DNA from: Promethearchaeia archaeon
Lineage (GTDB): Archaea; Asgardarchaeota; Lokiarchaeia; Sigyniarchaeales; SOKP01
DNA length: 64,000 nt
Assembly (NCBI GenBank): GCA_029856045.1
Contig: JAHQWG010000048.1
Location: 31,298-95,297, forward strand
Direction of reading: 5' to 3'
The number at the start of each line of letters is the position of its first letter. The stretch's first letter is position 1. The notes below the pieces were generated by a model. It ran no database searches. It saw only the letters and a list, made by a program, of their open reading frames with translations, and had not been told where the DNA came from. Positions 49,043-59,536 of the stretch are shown here, piece after piece. Made by a program: the position numbers and the translations under genes.

Positions 49043-49618
49043 ATGAAAAAAGAACTAATTATAATAAAATTAAACCCTTTAATTGCCGAAATTATTGAAA
49101 ATCTTCAGTTAGACTTAATAAAACTATTTAACGGAATTTTTGAAGATATACATATTATCGAGAATTCTAAAGGGATTTTAAAAAAAAATTACAATGAACA
49201 TAGAAATCAGTATAATGCTTCGAGAATTTTGGATGATATGAAAGAGATAGGAATAAAAGAAGAATATTACAGGGTATTGGCCATTACTTCAGAGGATTTA
49301 TATACTGAAAGGTTGAATTTTGTTTTTGGTGTTGCTTTTATCCCATCGCAATCAATAATTCCAGAGAGTGTTTCGGCGATCATTTCTTTTAAAAGATTAA
49401 AAGAAGAATTTTATAATCTATCGAAAGATGATGTACTTTTTAGAGATAGAGTAATCAAGGAGGCAGCTCATGAGTTAGGGCATACTCTAGGACTTAAACA
49501 CTGTATAAATGAATGTGTTATGCGATTTTCTAACTTTATTGATGATACTGATGAAAAGCCGGCAAGATTTTGTGATAGTTGCCTTAATAAAATTAAGAAA
49601 AATTATGGTTTAGGTTGA
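49043..49618 (+). CDS. amzA: Archaemetzincin (M54 metalloprotease)
   Basis: HELGHTLGLKHC..CVM.FS...D.K..FC..C. Confidence 0.95.
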   Translation: MKKELIIIKLNPLIAEIIENLQLDLIKLFNGIFEDIHIIENSKGILKKNYNEHRNQYNASRILDDMKEIGIKEEYYRVLAITSEDLYTERLNFVFGVAFIPSQSIIPESVSAIISFKRLKEEFYNLSKDDVLFRDRVIKEAAHELGHTLGLKHCINECVMRFSNFIDDTDEKPARFCDSCLNKIKKNYGLG

Positions 49619-49738
49619 AAGATTTAAACGCAAAATATTAAATTTTCATATAAATAACCTTCAAATTTAAAATGAACAAATTTTATATCCATATTGTTAA
49701 ATTTATTGTTGGAAAATTTTTATAGAAGAGGGACTTTC

Positions 49739-50638
49739 TTGGAGGAATTGATTAGATATCTAAAAGAAGGAAAATTCATTAAATCAAAGAAAGTAGAAGA
49801 GGCTTTTAGGCAAGTTCCCTTCACAAATTTTGTTCCGAAAGACCAAGTTGAGCGGTATTTATTTGATACGCCGGTTATATTTCCCCATTTAGGGCGAAAT
49901 ATTTCAGCTCCACATATGAACGCAATTTTATTGGAACTACTTAATTTGGATTTTGATGATAGGTTATTAATAATTGGTTCAAAATTAGGATATATTGGAG
50001 CCTTAGCCCGAAATATTATTACTGATGGATTTGTTGTAATTATTGATGCAAACTCTCTGGTTGTAGAACAAACTAAAAGAAATTTGGAAAGAATTAAGTT
50101 AAATAACGGGATTAAAGTTATAAACGCACAACCCCTTGAAGGAGATATTGAGAATTCTCCTTGGGATAGAATTATAATAACTGCAAGTATAAAAGAGATT
50201 TCATTAGACTTATTAGCTCAATTAAAAGTTGGTGGCTCTATTTTCGCCCCAGTAGGTGATTTACATCAACAAGAATTACTACAATATTTTCGACAAAATC
50301 TCAGTTTGAATAAAAAAGATTTCCTCAAAAAGGTTTGGGGTTCTGTTGTATTTGGTCCATTAGATACAAATCTTGACACTAGTGAGGTTTTAGAAAAGGA
50401 TTTGATTGATTCAAAAGAATTTTCCTCAGAATTTCATGAAGGTTTAAGAACTACAGAAGATTTAACCTTTTTTTGTCCGTATTGTCAATTTAAATTTATT
50501 CAGTTGCCTCTTTCTTTAAAATCCGCAGAAAAAAAGATGAGTGTGAATTATAAGATTGAATGTCCTAAATGCAGGAAAAAATTCAATTTACGTGCTAAAT
50601 TGAATAATAACGGAGATTTAGAAATAAATATAGAATAG
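49739..50638 (+). CDS. pcm: Protein-L-isoaspartate O-methyltransferase-like protein with a C-terminal zinc finger
   Basis: ISAPHM, WDRIIITA, QLKVGG..FAPVG, VVFGPL, then CPYC...CPKC. The TTG at 49739 is preferred over 49694. Confidence 0.85.
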   Translation: MEELIRYLKEGKFIKSKKVEEAFRQVPFTNFVPKDQVERYLFDTPVIFPHLGRNISAPHMNAILLELLNLDFDDRLLIIGSKLGYIGALARNIITDGFVVIIDANSLVVEQTKRNLERIKLNNGIKVINAQPLEGDIENSPWDRIIITASIKEISLDLLAQLKVGGSIFAPVGDLHQQELLQYFRQNLSLNKKDFLKKVWGSVVFGPLDTNLDTSEVLEKDLIDSKEFSSEFHEGLRTTEDLTFFCPYCQFKFIQLPLSLKSAEKKMSVNYKIECPKCRKKFNLRAKLNNNGDLEINIE

Positions 50639-50677
50639 ATAATTTCTTCTGCGAATCTCTTATTCCAGCGATATTTT

Positions 50678-51673
50678 TTAGCGCAATGAAACTTGATATA
50701 ATTCCTTTCCTAATTGCATTATTTCTTTTGAGTTTTTAACTAACGCAATTAATTTTTCAGGTATATTTTTAAAACCAAAATATGAACCTGCAATGGATCC
50801 ACCAATAGCACCACATGTATCTGTATCTCCTCCGACGGTTGGCAAAATATAAATACATTTCTTAAAAGAATCAAGATTTTTTAAAAAGATAAAAAGAGCA
50901 CAGACAATAGTGGAGAGCGTATAAGGATGAATAAAGCACTTATTTTCTAAACTTTTAATATAGAAGGGAGATTTCACACCAATTTGAGCATATTTTTTTA
51001 ATCCTTCGATTAAATCCATATCTAAATTAGTCTGTAAGTCATTTAAAATTTCAATAAATTCTTCCCAAATCCTATCTTTTTTTTCGGAAATTACCTTAAT
51101 TATATTTTGAAAAAACTCATTAATTGAAAATCCCTTATTGGGATCCTTGTCAAGGAGGAAAGCAATGCTTGCAGCCACAACTCTTGCTCCAGCTTCTGCA
51201 GCAGGATGAGAATGAGTAATATTGCTATTTAAACTTGCTGCTTTCTTTAACTGCTCAGGATTATTAGAATAAAATAAGCCAATAGGTGATATCCTCATCG
51301 CTGTTCCATTCCCACCAGAGTTTGAAGCTGCACTTTTCCATGGAATTCCTTCAGCTAACTTTCGAATACTTGATAAACATCCAAATCCTGGGCCGATGGG
51401 TGGATCATTTAACCATTTAATAAATTCATCTATTAAGATTTCTTCCTCAATGCCGCCAGCTCTTATTATTGCTTTTGCTGTATGTATTGTCAGCTGGGTA
51501 TCATCGCTATAAGTTCTGAAAATGCCACGATTCTTATCGATAAATTCATCAAAATCATCAAAATTCCTAATAATTTGTTCTCTTATTTGTCCTTCAAAAG
51601 GAACACCTAATGTATCTCCTATTGCTGTTCCTACAAGTGTTCCAACAAATTTATCTTCAAAATTTATCTTCAA
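50678..51673 (-). CDS. ADP-ribosylglycohydrolase (DraG/ARH family)
   Basis: GDTLG.PFE, YSDDTQLT, GNGTAMR, GDTDT. Confidence 0.95.
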   Translation of the reverse strand: MKINFEDKFVGTLVGTAIGDTLGVPFEGQIREQIIRNFDDFDEFIDKNRGIFRTYSDDTQLTIHTAKAIIRAGGIEEEILIDEFIKWLNDPPIGPGFGCLSSIRKLAEGIPWKSAASNSGGNGTAMRISPIGLFYSNNPEQLKKAASLNSNITHSHPAAEAGARVVAASIAFLLDKDPNKGFSINEFFQNIIKVISEKKDRIWEEFIEILNDLQTNLDMDLIEGLKKYAQIGVKSPFYIKSLENKCFIHPYTLSTIVCALFIFLKNLDSFKKCIYILPTVGGDTDTCGAIGGSIAGSYFGFKNIPEKLIALVKNSKEIMQLGKELYQVSLR

Positions 51674-51746
51674 AATTCAATCTTATAGAAATTAGTATTA
51701 CTAAAAGTATTTTATGATTTAATATATCATAATTGATATTAACTAA

Positions 51747-52874
51747 TTAAGTAAACAGTGAACTTATTTTAATGCTTATTTCTTCCTTCTGAGTTTCTTT
51801 TGTTTTTGATATCCCTTTATTTTTTAATTTCTCCCATAGAAAATCATGCAATTGTAATTTCTCTATTGTTCTTCCCTCTTTATAGAAATCAGTACCACAC
51901 AGAATACTTGATAATTTTATAATTGAATCAATTAACGGAGTTTCTAGATGGAGATATTTACCTAAAGAAGCAATGGGTACAAGCCCGTTTGGAACATCTT
52001 CAGTAAAATATCTAGTTATCAAATGATTAGGTGCAACTATATTTTCATATACCTCAACTTTTTTTATCGAATCAAAAATTGAATTGGCTTTTATACCATA
52101 TGCTTTTTCTGCCCATTTATGATACCTTAAGAATTTTATGCCTAATTTCTGGAATATATAACTAATTTCCAATTCAATATTCTCGAGAACTTCACAAATA
52201 CGAGGTGTTGCTCCTTCACTATAAAACAAGAATTCTTTACCTATATCCATAAAGCCAGCATTAAATAAAGAAATCGCTGGATGTAAAAGCATCCCCGTGT
52301 TATTTAAGGTTATTTCTAAGTAATCATCTACAGGTGATAATTGAGGAAAAACATTTTTTATTGAATTATAAGGAAAATAAGTAAATATTTCTGGATAAGT
52401 AGAATAATTAACTGAATTTTTTATTTTTAATATATTTACTTTATTTCCAGGTAATTCTCTTGATGTAAAAAGAAGAGTTTGGGTTTCACCAACAATATTG
52501 TGGGAAAAACGTCTTTTTTTTTCTAATACTTTCTTAAATTCTACAGATCCAAATGTTCTTCCTGGATTTAATAAGATAATTTGATCTTTTGATAAGTAAG
52601 GTGCCATCTTTTCAGCAATAGACTTGTGAGCAAAAGCTGGAGTTACCACCATTATAACATCCGCATCTTTTATAGCAAATTCAATATCTTGGGTAACTCT
52701 ATTAATTGGAAAAAATCCTTCTAACTCTCCTTTAGCTACTATTCCTTTCTTTTTCTTGATTTCATGTATTCTTGATAAAGATCGATTATAAAGTGAAACT
52801 GGATATCCCTTTGATGAGATATAAGCAGCAAATGCTCGACCTCCAGAACCTGCACCTATCACGCAAAATCTCAT
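51747..52874 (-). CDS. NAD/NADP-dependent opine (octopine/nopaline) dehydrogenase family
   Basis: IGAGSGG, LNPGRTFG, N.G.LLHP, RYFTEDVP.GL. Confidence 0.92.
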   Translation of the reverse strand: MRFCVIGAGSGGRAFAAYISSKGYPVSLYNRSLSRIHEIKKKKGIVAKGELEGFFPINRVTQDIEFAIKDADVIMVVTPAFAHKSIAEKMAPYLSKDQIILLNPGRTFGSVEFKKVLEKKRRFSHNIVGETQTLLFTSRELPGNKVNILKIKNSVNYSTYPEIFTYFPYNSIKNVFPQLSPVDDYLEITLNNTGMLLHPAISLFNAGFMDIGKEFLFYSEGATPRICEVLENIELEISYIFQKLGIKFLRYHKWAEKAYGIKANSIFDSIKKVEVYENIVAPNHLITRYFTEDVPNGLVPIASLGKYLHLETPLIDSIIKLSSILCGTDFYKEGRTIEKLQLHDFLWEKLKNKGISKTKETQKEEISIKISSLFT

Positions 52875-54625
52875 TGAGCAATCACCTTATTATATTTTAG
52901 TTCCCTATTAAGATTATTATCAAGTAAAAATTTATCAGGATTACTCTCAATAATTCTTTTAATCCTTTCTATCTCATCTAATTTGCTATTTATTTTATTA
53001 TCCCAGGAATAACATGCTCCATCAATTATTTTTGTTTTAATCTGCCCTAAGGCGAATGGATTGTTAATCAGATGAGGAGCATCAAAAATGCCATATTTTA
53101 CGACTCGTGTTAATACCTTATAGTTTATCCATGCATTATCACGTTCTTTCTCCGATCTTACTAACCGGGGTATTATATTGACAATATATTCAGCTTGTTT
53201 TATTAATTCTTCTTTTCTTTTCTTTATTCTATCATCAATAATATTAATTTTACTCGAATATACACGATTTATTACTTGATCTACTATATTACAACTTTCT
53301 ATTATATCTTCTGGACGTGCTGCATGATTAGCTTCACTGAAACTAACTACATGGACAATATCAGGTTTTAAAGTTAGTTGGATTAATGTAGCTGCTGCTA
53401 ATTGCCCTTTTGCTTTGTTTAAATTTAATGGAAAACTCGCCAATCCAGTTCTCACCTGTCTAATTATGGAAAATGATTTACTGGATAAAGTGTGAAGAAG
53501 TTCATCTTTTGCTAATATCTTTGCGAGATCCATTTCAAAGGAAGTTGATGACGGTGTATTAAACATATACTGAGCAATAAAATGTCTAATGCCCAATTTC
53601 TTCGCAATTATACCACATAGATACATATCTGCAACAACAATTGCATCTGATGCATCTCTAAGACTCCAATGGTGAGGATCATTAATCTCAACGGGAATGT
53701 TGTTTTCTCCATGCCATTTTATCGCCTCTAAGTGTTGTTTTATTGAATCCTCTAGTGTTAAAGGGCCTCTCCCATCCATTTGATTAAACCAGAAAATAGG
53801 GATGGCAGTCCAAGCATTCTGAATCGTTTTTTTATATAATTTTGCTAATTTAATAAAATCTCTTGTTCCCGCATAAATCCGCAACAATGGGAAATTACCT
53901 TGTAATCTTGCTTGATGTAATTTATGAAAATCTTCTTGACACCTTAATGGAACGCCACCAGCACCGATTAGTCCTTCAACTTGATCCTCTGGATGGAAGT
54001 AATTTGATTGAGTATTTTGATCGGGTGCGATAGAGATAACATCCAAAACTTCTGCGTTTGCGACTTTTTTTATTCCTTCTGCTGTTTCTTTGAAACTTGG
54101 TAAACCAAAATGAGCTCTGATTATAGGATACGGTTTTTTCCATTTTATTCGAGAAATTAAATCCATTGGAATTTTTAATTTCTCTTTAGCACTATCTTTT
54201 TCACTTTTCAAGATTGATATTAATTTATATTTTGATTCTTCCCCAACAAAGTATTCTTCAAATTTATCAAACTCTTTCGCAACTTCAACAACTTCTGGAG
54301 TTCCAGCAAAAAATAACCTTGGAAGTTTTTTTTGTAATTTTTCAAATTTTTTGAAGAAGTCATCAAGTAAAGGCCTGATTGTTGAGGGAGTTAAACGATA
54401 ACTTATTCCTACAATATCCGGTTTATATTTTTTAATCTCATATATTAATTTTAATATTGAAGTTGCGGGTCCTAAAAATTTACAATCAAAACCTAATTGA
54501 GTTGCAATATTAATAAAATTATACGTACCTACAACATGAACACATTGGCCAATACTTGCTGTTAATATCTTTTTTCTTATTTTACTTTTTAATTTAAAAT
54601 CGTTTATTTTTTTCAGAATAATCAC
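52871..54625 (-). CDS. Cobalamin-binding domain fused to an uncharacterised TIM-barrel-like domain
   Basis: N-terminal B12 Rossmann domain (GQCVHVVG, LGP, VGISYRL, FAGT). Overlaps the downstream gene (ATGA). Confidence 0.8.
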   Translation of the reverse strand: MIILKKINDFKLKSKIRKKILTASIGQCVHVVGTYNFINIATQLGFDCKFLGPATSILKLIYEIKKYKPDIVGISYRLTPSTIRPLLDDFFKKFEKLQKKLPRLFFAGTPEVVEVAKEFDKFEEYFVGEESKYKLISILKSEKDSAKEKLKIPMDLISRIKWKKPYPIIRAHFGLPSFKETAEGIKKVANAEVLDVISIAPDQNTQSNYFHPEDQVEGLIGAGGVPLRCQEDFHKLHQARLQGNFPLLRIYAGTRDFIKLAKLYKKTIQNAWTAIPIFWFNQMDGRGPLTLEDSIKQHLEAIKWHGENNIPVEINDPHHWSLRDASDAIVVADMYLCGIIAKKLGIRHFIAQYMFNTPSSTSFEMDLAKILAKDELLHTLSSKSFSIIRQVRTGLASFPLNLNKAKGQLAAATLIQLTLKPDIVHVVSFSEANHAARPEDIIESCNIVDQVINRVYSSKINIIDDRIKKRKEELIKQAEYIVNIIPRLVRSEKERDNAWINYKVLTRVVKYGIFDAPHLINNPFALGQIKTKIIDGACYSWDNKINSKLDEIERIKRIIESNPDKFLLDNNLNRELKYNKVIAQ

Positions 54626-55234
54626 TTCTTAAAACTTTATAGAAGGCATTAAGAGTGAAACTATTTTAATTTCTTGTTTCAATCTGTAAAAGATGGAAAT
54701 ATCCATAATTTACTAAGGTGTATAAATTTGAGATATTAAAAAAGGGATTCATAATTAAACCACAAGTTAAGGAAGTAATAATATTTTGTAATCGATATTT
54801 TTATGCCTCAATTTATCACACATCAATCTAAATATATAAATTTATTGGTTCCTTTATATATAATTAGTTCAAGTTTTTTATCAAATAGATATTAAGTTAT
54901 ATAAATTAAAAGATCACTATTTCATGAATAGATATAGTTTTCTATTCTGATTTCAATCAATATTTTTGAGAAATTTTTAATTTAGTAAATTTAATTATTT
55001 TAATGGGGTAATATCCATTATCTTTTAAAACTTTTAATGAAATTAAATTATTATATAGTAATTATAAACTAAATATTATTAAAACTGGTAAAAATTTTAT
55101 CTTATAAGTATTAATTACAATTCAAAAAATGACGTTCTTTGATTCTTCTACGTTATAATTATAAATTTGGACTTTTCTAGAAGTAAGAAATAAATCTAAA
55201 ATTGATTCTACCTTGATTAAAAAAGATTTGAAAA

Positions 55235-56173
55235 TTATTCTTTTTTCTCTCTTACAATAAAATATATGGATATGATAATTATGAATAACCCGATTAGATG
55301 AAAACCAGTGAAAATCTCTCCAAGGAATATCGCAAAAAATGCGGTGACTATGGGAGTGGGAGACCCGAGGACTGATGCTTTAGATACATCTAAATATGTG
55401 ATAACTTTATACCAACAAAATAAGTCAATGCTGTAAACTACGCCCATAGCTAAAAAGTAAAAAATATTGATGGGGTTAAATAATAAATTAAAATTTTCTA
55501 AGGGAAAGAATAAAAAATATGAGCTGAATAAGATTATTCCACTTAAAGCATTTCTTGAAAATACCAATTGAATTGGTGATGCTTCATTTTTATCGAAAAC
55601 TGTTTTTGTAATGGCGTGTCCTAACATCCATATGGCTGCTGTTATCAACATTAATACTACACCTAAATTAAATTCGAGCAAATTAAATGAACCTTGCGTA
55701 ATAGCAAGAGTTAAGCCAAATAATAAAAGAAAAGAAAATAATATTTGAGATTTTTTAATGGATTCTTTATTAATAATGTATCCAAATAATAAAGCAAAAA
55801 TCACAGTTGTTTTTTGAGCAAGAGAACCATTAATTGCTCCAGCGAGTTGAAATGATTGGAAAAACAAAATTTGAGCAACTCCAAAATTGATGCCAAGATA
55901 GATTAAAAATAATTTATGCTTTTTCCAGCCGTTTAAAAGAGATTCAATCTCAATTGTTTTATGTGGGTCTTTTTCTTTCGAAATTTTAAAACTTCTACGT
56001 TCTATCATTATAATAGGGAAAAATATGATGGCTTCAATAATACAAGTCATTGCAGCAAAAATATACGAGTCAAGCTCAGCAGGTCTTGAATTTGCGATTA
56101 TTGGTTGGAGTCCCACTAAGATAACCATCACAATTGTGTAAAAAAGACCTTTTTTTAAATTTTCATTTAGCAA
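55235..56173 (-). CDS. DMT/EamA-family transporter
   Basis: Ten TM helices in two EamA repeats. Confidence 0.85.
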   Translation of the reverse strand: MLNENLKKGLFYTIVMVILVGLQPIIANSRPAELDSYIFAAMTCIIEAIIFFPIIMIERRSFKISKEKDPHKTIEIESLLNGWKKHKLFLIYLGINFGVAQILFFQSFQLAGAINGSLAQKTTVIFALLFGYIINKESIKKSQILFSFLLLFGLTLAITQGSFNLLEFNLGVVLMLITAAIWMLGHAITKTVFDKNEASPIQLVFSRNALSGIILFSSYFLFFPLENFNLLFNPINIFYFLAMGVVYSIDLFCWYKVITYLDVSKASVLGSPTPIVTAFFAIFLGEIFTGFHLIGLFIIIISIYFIVREKKE

Positions 56174-56205
56174 GATATTAAAAAAAAAGAGAAAAGATAT
56201 AAAAA

Positions 56206-58023
56206 TTATTTGGAATAAGTTCCAAATTTGGGGAATTTTCTCAATTGGGTAGAATCGAATATGGGGCCATCTTTACAAACTGAAACATTATTTTCTTCCC
56301 CAATACAGCATGAACCACACAGACCAACTCCACATTTCATTTTTCTTTCTAAGGATGCTTGAATATTAATGTTTTTTAATTCAGCAATTTCTAATACTCG
56401 TTTCATCATAATTTCGGGACCACAAGTGAGTATTAAATCAATGTTGTTTTTATCTATGATATCCTCGATTATGTCCGTTACAAAACATTTTTTTCCAATT
56501 GAGCCATCATCAGTTGTATATTGGGTATTAGGGATTTGTAGTTTCAGTCTATCACCAAATTTTAGGAAATATTTATCCTTAGCTCCAATTGCAGCAAAGA
56601 TATTTTTATTGCTTTTCTTTAAAGACTCAATAACTGAAGTAAGTGCAGCAATTCCCATTCCCCCACCAACTATAAGAATATTTGACGCGTTTTCGCAATT
56701 CCACGCGTTTCCAAAAGGACCTCTGATTCCAATACTATCGCCTTCCTTTAATCCAAATAGTGTAGCTGTCCCTTCGCCGATTTTTTGTACGGTTATTTCA
56801 ATTACATTCCCATTAACATTTGAGATTGACATGGGTAAGAAATCTGCGTTTAAAACCCATAAAATAACGAACATCCCAGGTCTATATGCCTTAGCAATTC
56901 TTTCGTTTTTTATGAGGATACTTTTTATTTCTGAAGAGTGTTCAACAACTTTCTCAATTTTAACTATATCCGTTCTATTTCTAGTTATATCCAACACTAA
57001 TTCTTCGTTATCTTTCGTAAGTTGTTTTGCCTTTAAGAGCCCATTTTCAATGGCTAGATTAAAAACCTCCTTTCCTCTCTTAGTCCTGATTATAAAGGTT
57101 TTATATCCATCTTCGCTTCCCACATTCCCAACTGATATATCTGCAAACTCAGAAACATAATCAGAGCAAGAAAAACAAGCATTTCGTATAGATTTATCGT
57201 AGAGATAATTAAGAGGGATCTCTTTATTTCCAGATTTAGTTGTTATGACCATTTTAAAATTATTCTGGTCGGTTTTAATGTTTAATATTTCGCTACGATT
57301 TATACCATATTTATTGAAACAATCCGATAATTGTTTATTGTGGAAAGTCCCGAAACAAAATGTCCCAATTGCTAAAGAGACCAGATCAAAAGCCTCAAAA
57401 TCAAATCGAGGGTGATTTTGCATTTTCCTTAGAGCTTGTATTTGGCAACCATTACCTACAATGGCTATATCAGAAAACTCTTGATTTATTGCCTTACCTA
57501 TTATTGAAAGAATAGGACTTTGACAAGGTTTAATTTCGATTCCGTCAGAAAGTTCTTGTTTATTTTTTGCTATGAAAGGAATGAATCGAAAATTATCATC
57601 TTTTTTACTCGTTATCACACAATCAATTAAACCCGCTTCCATTGCTGCGGATAATAAAGCAGTAATAGGCCCCGCTTCTGGTGGTAAATTTTCTCGCGCA
57701 ATATCTGTGAGTTTTACTGATAAAATCTTTTTATAATGACCAAGAATTTTATCGTGTTGCTTACCAAATGTCCATCTATCCATTTTACAGACCGGGTATT
57801 GGTCAATATTGGTTTTAAGGCATAAATTGTAGCAGACACCGAAACCGTCCCTGCATGTATTCACATCTTTACAAGAGCCATCCTCAATAGGAATTTCTTT
57901 TTCAAAATCAAAATTGATATTTTCACAAAAGGCGCCACAAGCTCCACAATATACACATTTTTCTGTTTTGATTATTTCTTCTTCTAATTCCTTCCATCCT
58001 TTTTGGATTTTCTCGAACTGCAT
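56206..58023 (-). CDS. Fusion of an F420-dependent FrhB/FdhB-type beta subunit and a PyrK-type FAD/NAD(P)-binding [2Fe-2S] domain
   Basis: CVYCGAC ferredoxin, GNGCQI.ALRK, GTFC, CFSCSD..ADISVG; then RGPFG, VGGGMG, CGPE.M and MKCGVGLCGSC...VC.DGP. Confidence 0.9.
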   Translation of the reverse strand: MQFEKIQKGWKELEEEIIKTEKCVYCGACGAFCENINFDFEKEIPIEDGSCKDVNTCRDGFGVCYNLCLKTNIDQYPVCKMDRWTFGKQHDKILGHYKKILSVKLTDIARENLPPEAGPITALLSAAMEAGLIDCVITSKKDDNFRFIPFIAKNKQELSDGIEIKPCQSPILSIIGKAINQEFSDIAIVGNGCQIQALRKMQNHPRFDFEAFDLVSLAIGTFCFGTFHNKQLSDCFNKYGINRSEILNIKTDQNNFKMVITTKSGNKEIPLNYLYDKSIRNACFSCSDYVSEFADISVGNVGSEDGYKTFIIRTKRGKEVFNLAIENGLLKAKQLTKDNEELVLDITRNRTDIVKIEKVVEHSSEIKSILIKNERIAKAYRPGMFVILWVLNADFLPMSISNVNGNVIEITVQKIGEGTATLFGLKEGDSIGIRGPFGNAWNCENASNILIVGGGMGIAALTSVIESLKKSNKNIFAAIGAKDKYFLKFGDRLKLQIPNTQYTTDDGSIGKKCFVTDIIEDIIDKNNIDLILTCGPEIMMKRVLEIAELKNINIQASLERKMKCGVGLCGSCCIGEENNVSVCKDGPIFDSTQLRKFPKFGTYSK

Positions 58024-58024
58024 A

Positions 58025-58624
58025 TTAGCTCATTCCCTCCTTTAATTGAGTTAAAAACTCTTCAGCCTTTTGCTTTCCAAATTTAAAAGCTTCCATATTC
58101 TTTTCCAATGTTGAACCTGGAACAAATTGCTTTAAAGTTTCTATCGCAGATTCTTCGGAGAAGATCTTAGTTACAACTGTAAATATTCCAAATAAGATTG
58201 CATTACCATATACTATGTTTCCGAATTTTTCTAATGCCATTTTTTGGATTGGTAAACCAAGATTTTTCATTTTACTTGCTGCTCGAAATTTCCCTAATAT
58301 GGTGGATGAATCCCAAATGAGGAGTCCTGTATTTTCTTCTTTTTTAATTACTTCCTTTTTAACCTCTTTTGTTGCAGCATCTGAAAGAATAACAAGAAGA
58401 TCATAAGGTTTTAACGCTTTAGGATAATCAATCTGTTTGGATTCTCTATCTAAATCGACAACAACTTCAGCCCAGCTTCTTCCACCTCTTGCTTGCGCCC
58501 CATACGCTTCAGTTTGTGTCACTAATAATTCTTCACAGATGCCACTTGCATAGGCAATCATTTTACTCAAAGTAATTATACCTTGCCCACCATACCCGAC
58601 AATTCTAATTTCGTATCGGTTCAA
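58025..58624 (-). CDS. korC: 2-oxoacid:ferredoxin oxidoreductase gamma subunit
   Basis: GYGGQG, YGAQARGG. Confidence 0.92.
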   Translation of the reverse strand: MNRYEIRIVGYGGQGIITLSKMIAYASGICEELLVTQTEAYGAQARGGRSWAEVVVDLDRESKQIDYPKALKPYDLLVILSDAATKEVKKEVIKKEENTGLLIWDSSTILGKFRAASKMKNLGLPIQKMALEKFGNIVYGNAILFGIFTVVTKIFSEESAIETLKQFVPGSTLEKNMEAFKFGKQKAEEFLTQLKEGMS

Positions 58625-58627
58625 TTT

Positions 58628-59536
58628 TTAATCACCTTTCATTGCGATATTTTGAATTTTTTTATATTCTTCAGAATATTCAGACTTGCTTGGGTTATAG
58701 CGGAATTCTCCTATAATATATTTATTAAATAATTCCTCTTTACTCATGAATTTCGCTTGATTTATATGAATAGAATTTTTTTTAATCCACTCAAACATTT
58801 TCCCTCCAGTATCCATAATCTCCCCAGGTTCTCCTTCAGAACCCAGATTATCAAGATTTTTCCGCCCAAAATACGTAACACATGGAGTTATTACCTCAAT
58901 TACTGAAGTTCCCTTGTGTTTTAATGCTTTTTTAAAGTATTTCATTAGAGTCCGAGGATGCGCAATAGTTGTACGCGCTACATAGCTTGCACCCGCAGCT
59001 AAAGCAAGTTCTACACCGTCAGATCGTGGTTCAAACATTTTATATGGGGTCGTTGTGCTGATAGCTCCGTATAGAGTTGTTGGAGCTGCCTGACCACCGG
59101 TCATTCCATAAATAGAATTATTAAAGATAAAGAGTATGCAATCTAGATTTCTACGACATAAATGAATAAAATGGTTCCCACCTATTCCTAAACAATCACC
59201 ATCTCCTGAAAAAATGATGGGCTTCATTTTCGGGTTTGCCATTTTCATTCCAGTTGCGATTGCTGGGGCTCTACCATGGAGAGTTAACATTTTCTGAGCA
59301 TTTTTATGAACTAAGAAAAAGATTTGACTGTAGCACCCTATCCCAATAACTAAAGGATATAAATTAGGATCTAACTTCTCATCTTCAAAAACTCTCGTAT
59401 ATAATTGTCCAATACTACCATACCCACAACCTGCACAGAATCGTGAAACAAGGGTTCCTAAAAGCATTCCTGAAAAGGAACTATCAAGATATGGATGTTC
59501 TGGTTTTTCACTTGGATATCTAATATCATCAGACAT
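58628..59536 (-). CDS. korB: 2-oxoacid:ferredoxin oxidoreductase beta subunit
   Basis: CAGCG, HGRA, TPP motif GDGD...NN, YGMTGGQ. Confidence 0.95.
   Translation of the reverse strand: MSDDIRYPSEKPEHPYLDSSFSGMLLGTLVSRFCAGCGYGSIGQLYTRVFEDEKLDPNLYPLVIGIGCYSQIFFLVHKNAQKMLTLHGRAPAIATGMKMANPKMKPIIFSGDGDCLGIGGNHFIHLCRRNLDCILFIFNNSIYGMTGGQAAPTTLYGAISTTTPYKMFEPRSDGVELALAAGASYVARTTIAHPRTLMKYFKKALKHKGTSVIEVITPCVTYFGRKNLDNLGSEGEPGEIMDTGGKMFEWIKKNSIHINQAKFMSKEELFNKYIIGEFRYNPSKSEYSEEYKKIQNIAMKGD

Noticed and set aside
54630-54830. Possible cobalamin riboswitch upstream of the B12-binding gene
   Set aside because: No B12-box consensus is present, only a 6-bp AGGCAT/ATGCCT pairing.
56369-57160. 263-aa plus-strand ORF
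   Set aside because: It is antisense to the well-supported FrhB-PyrK gene and has no motifs.
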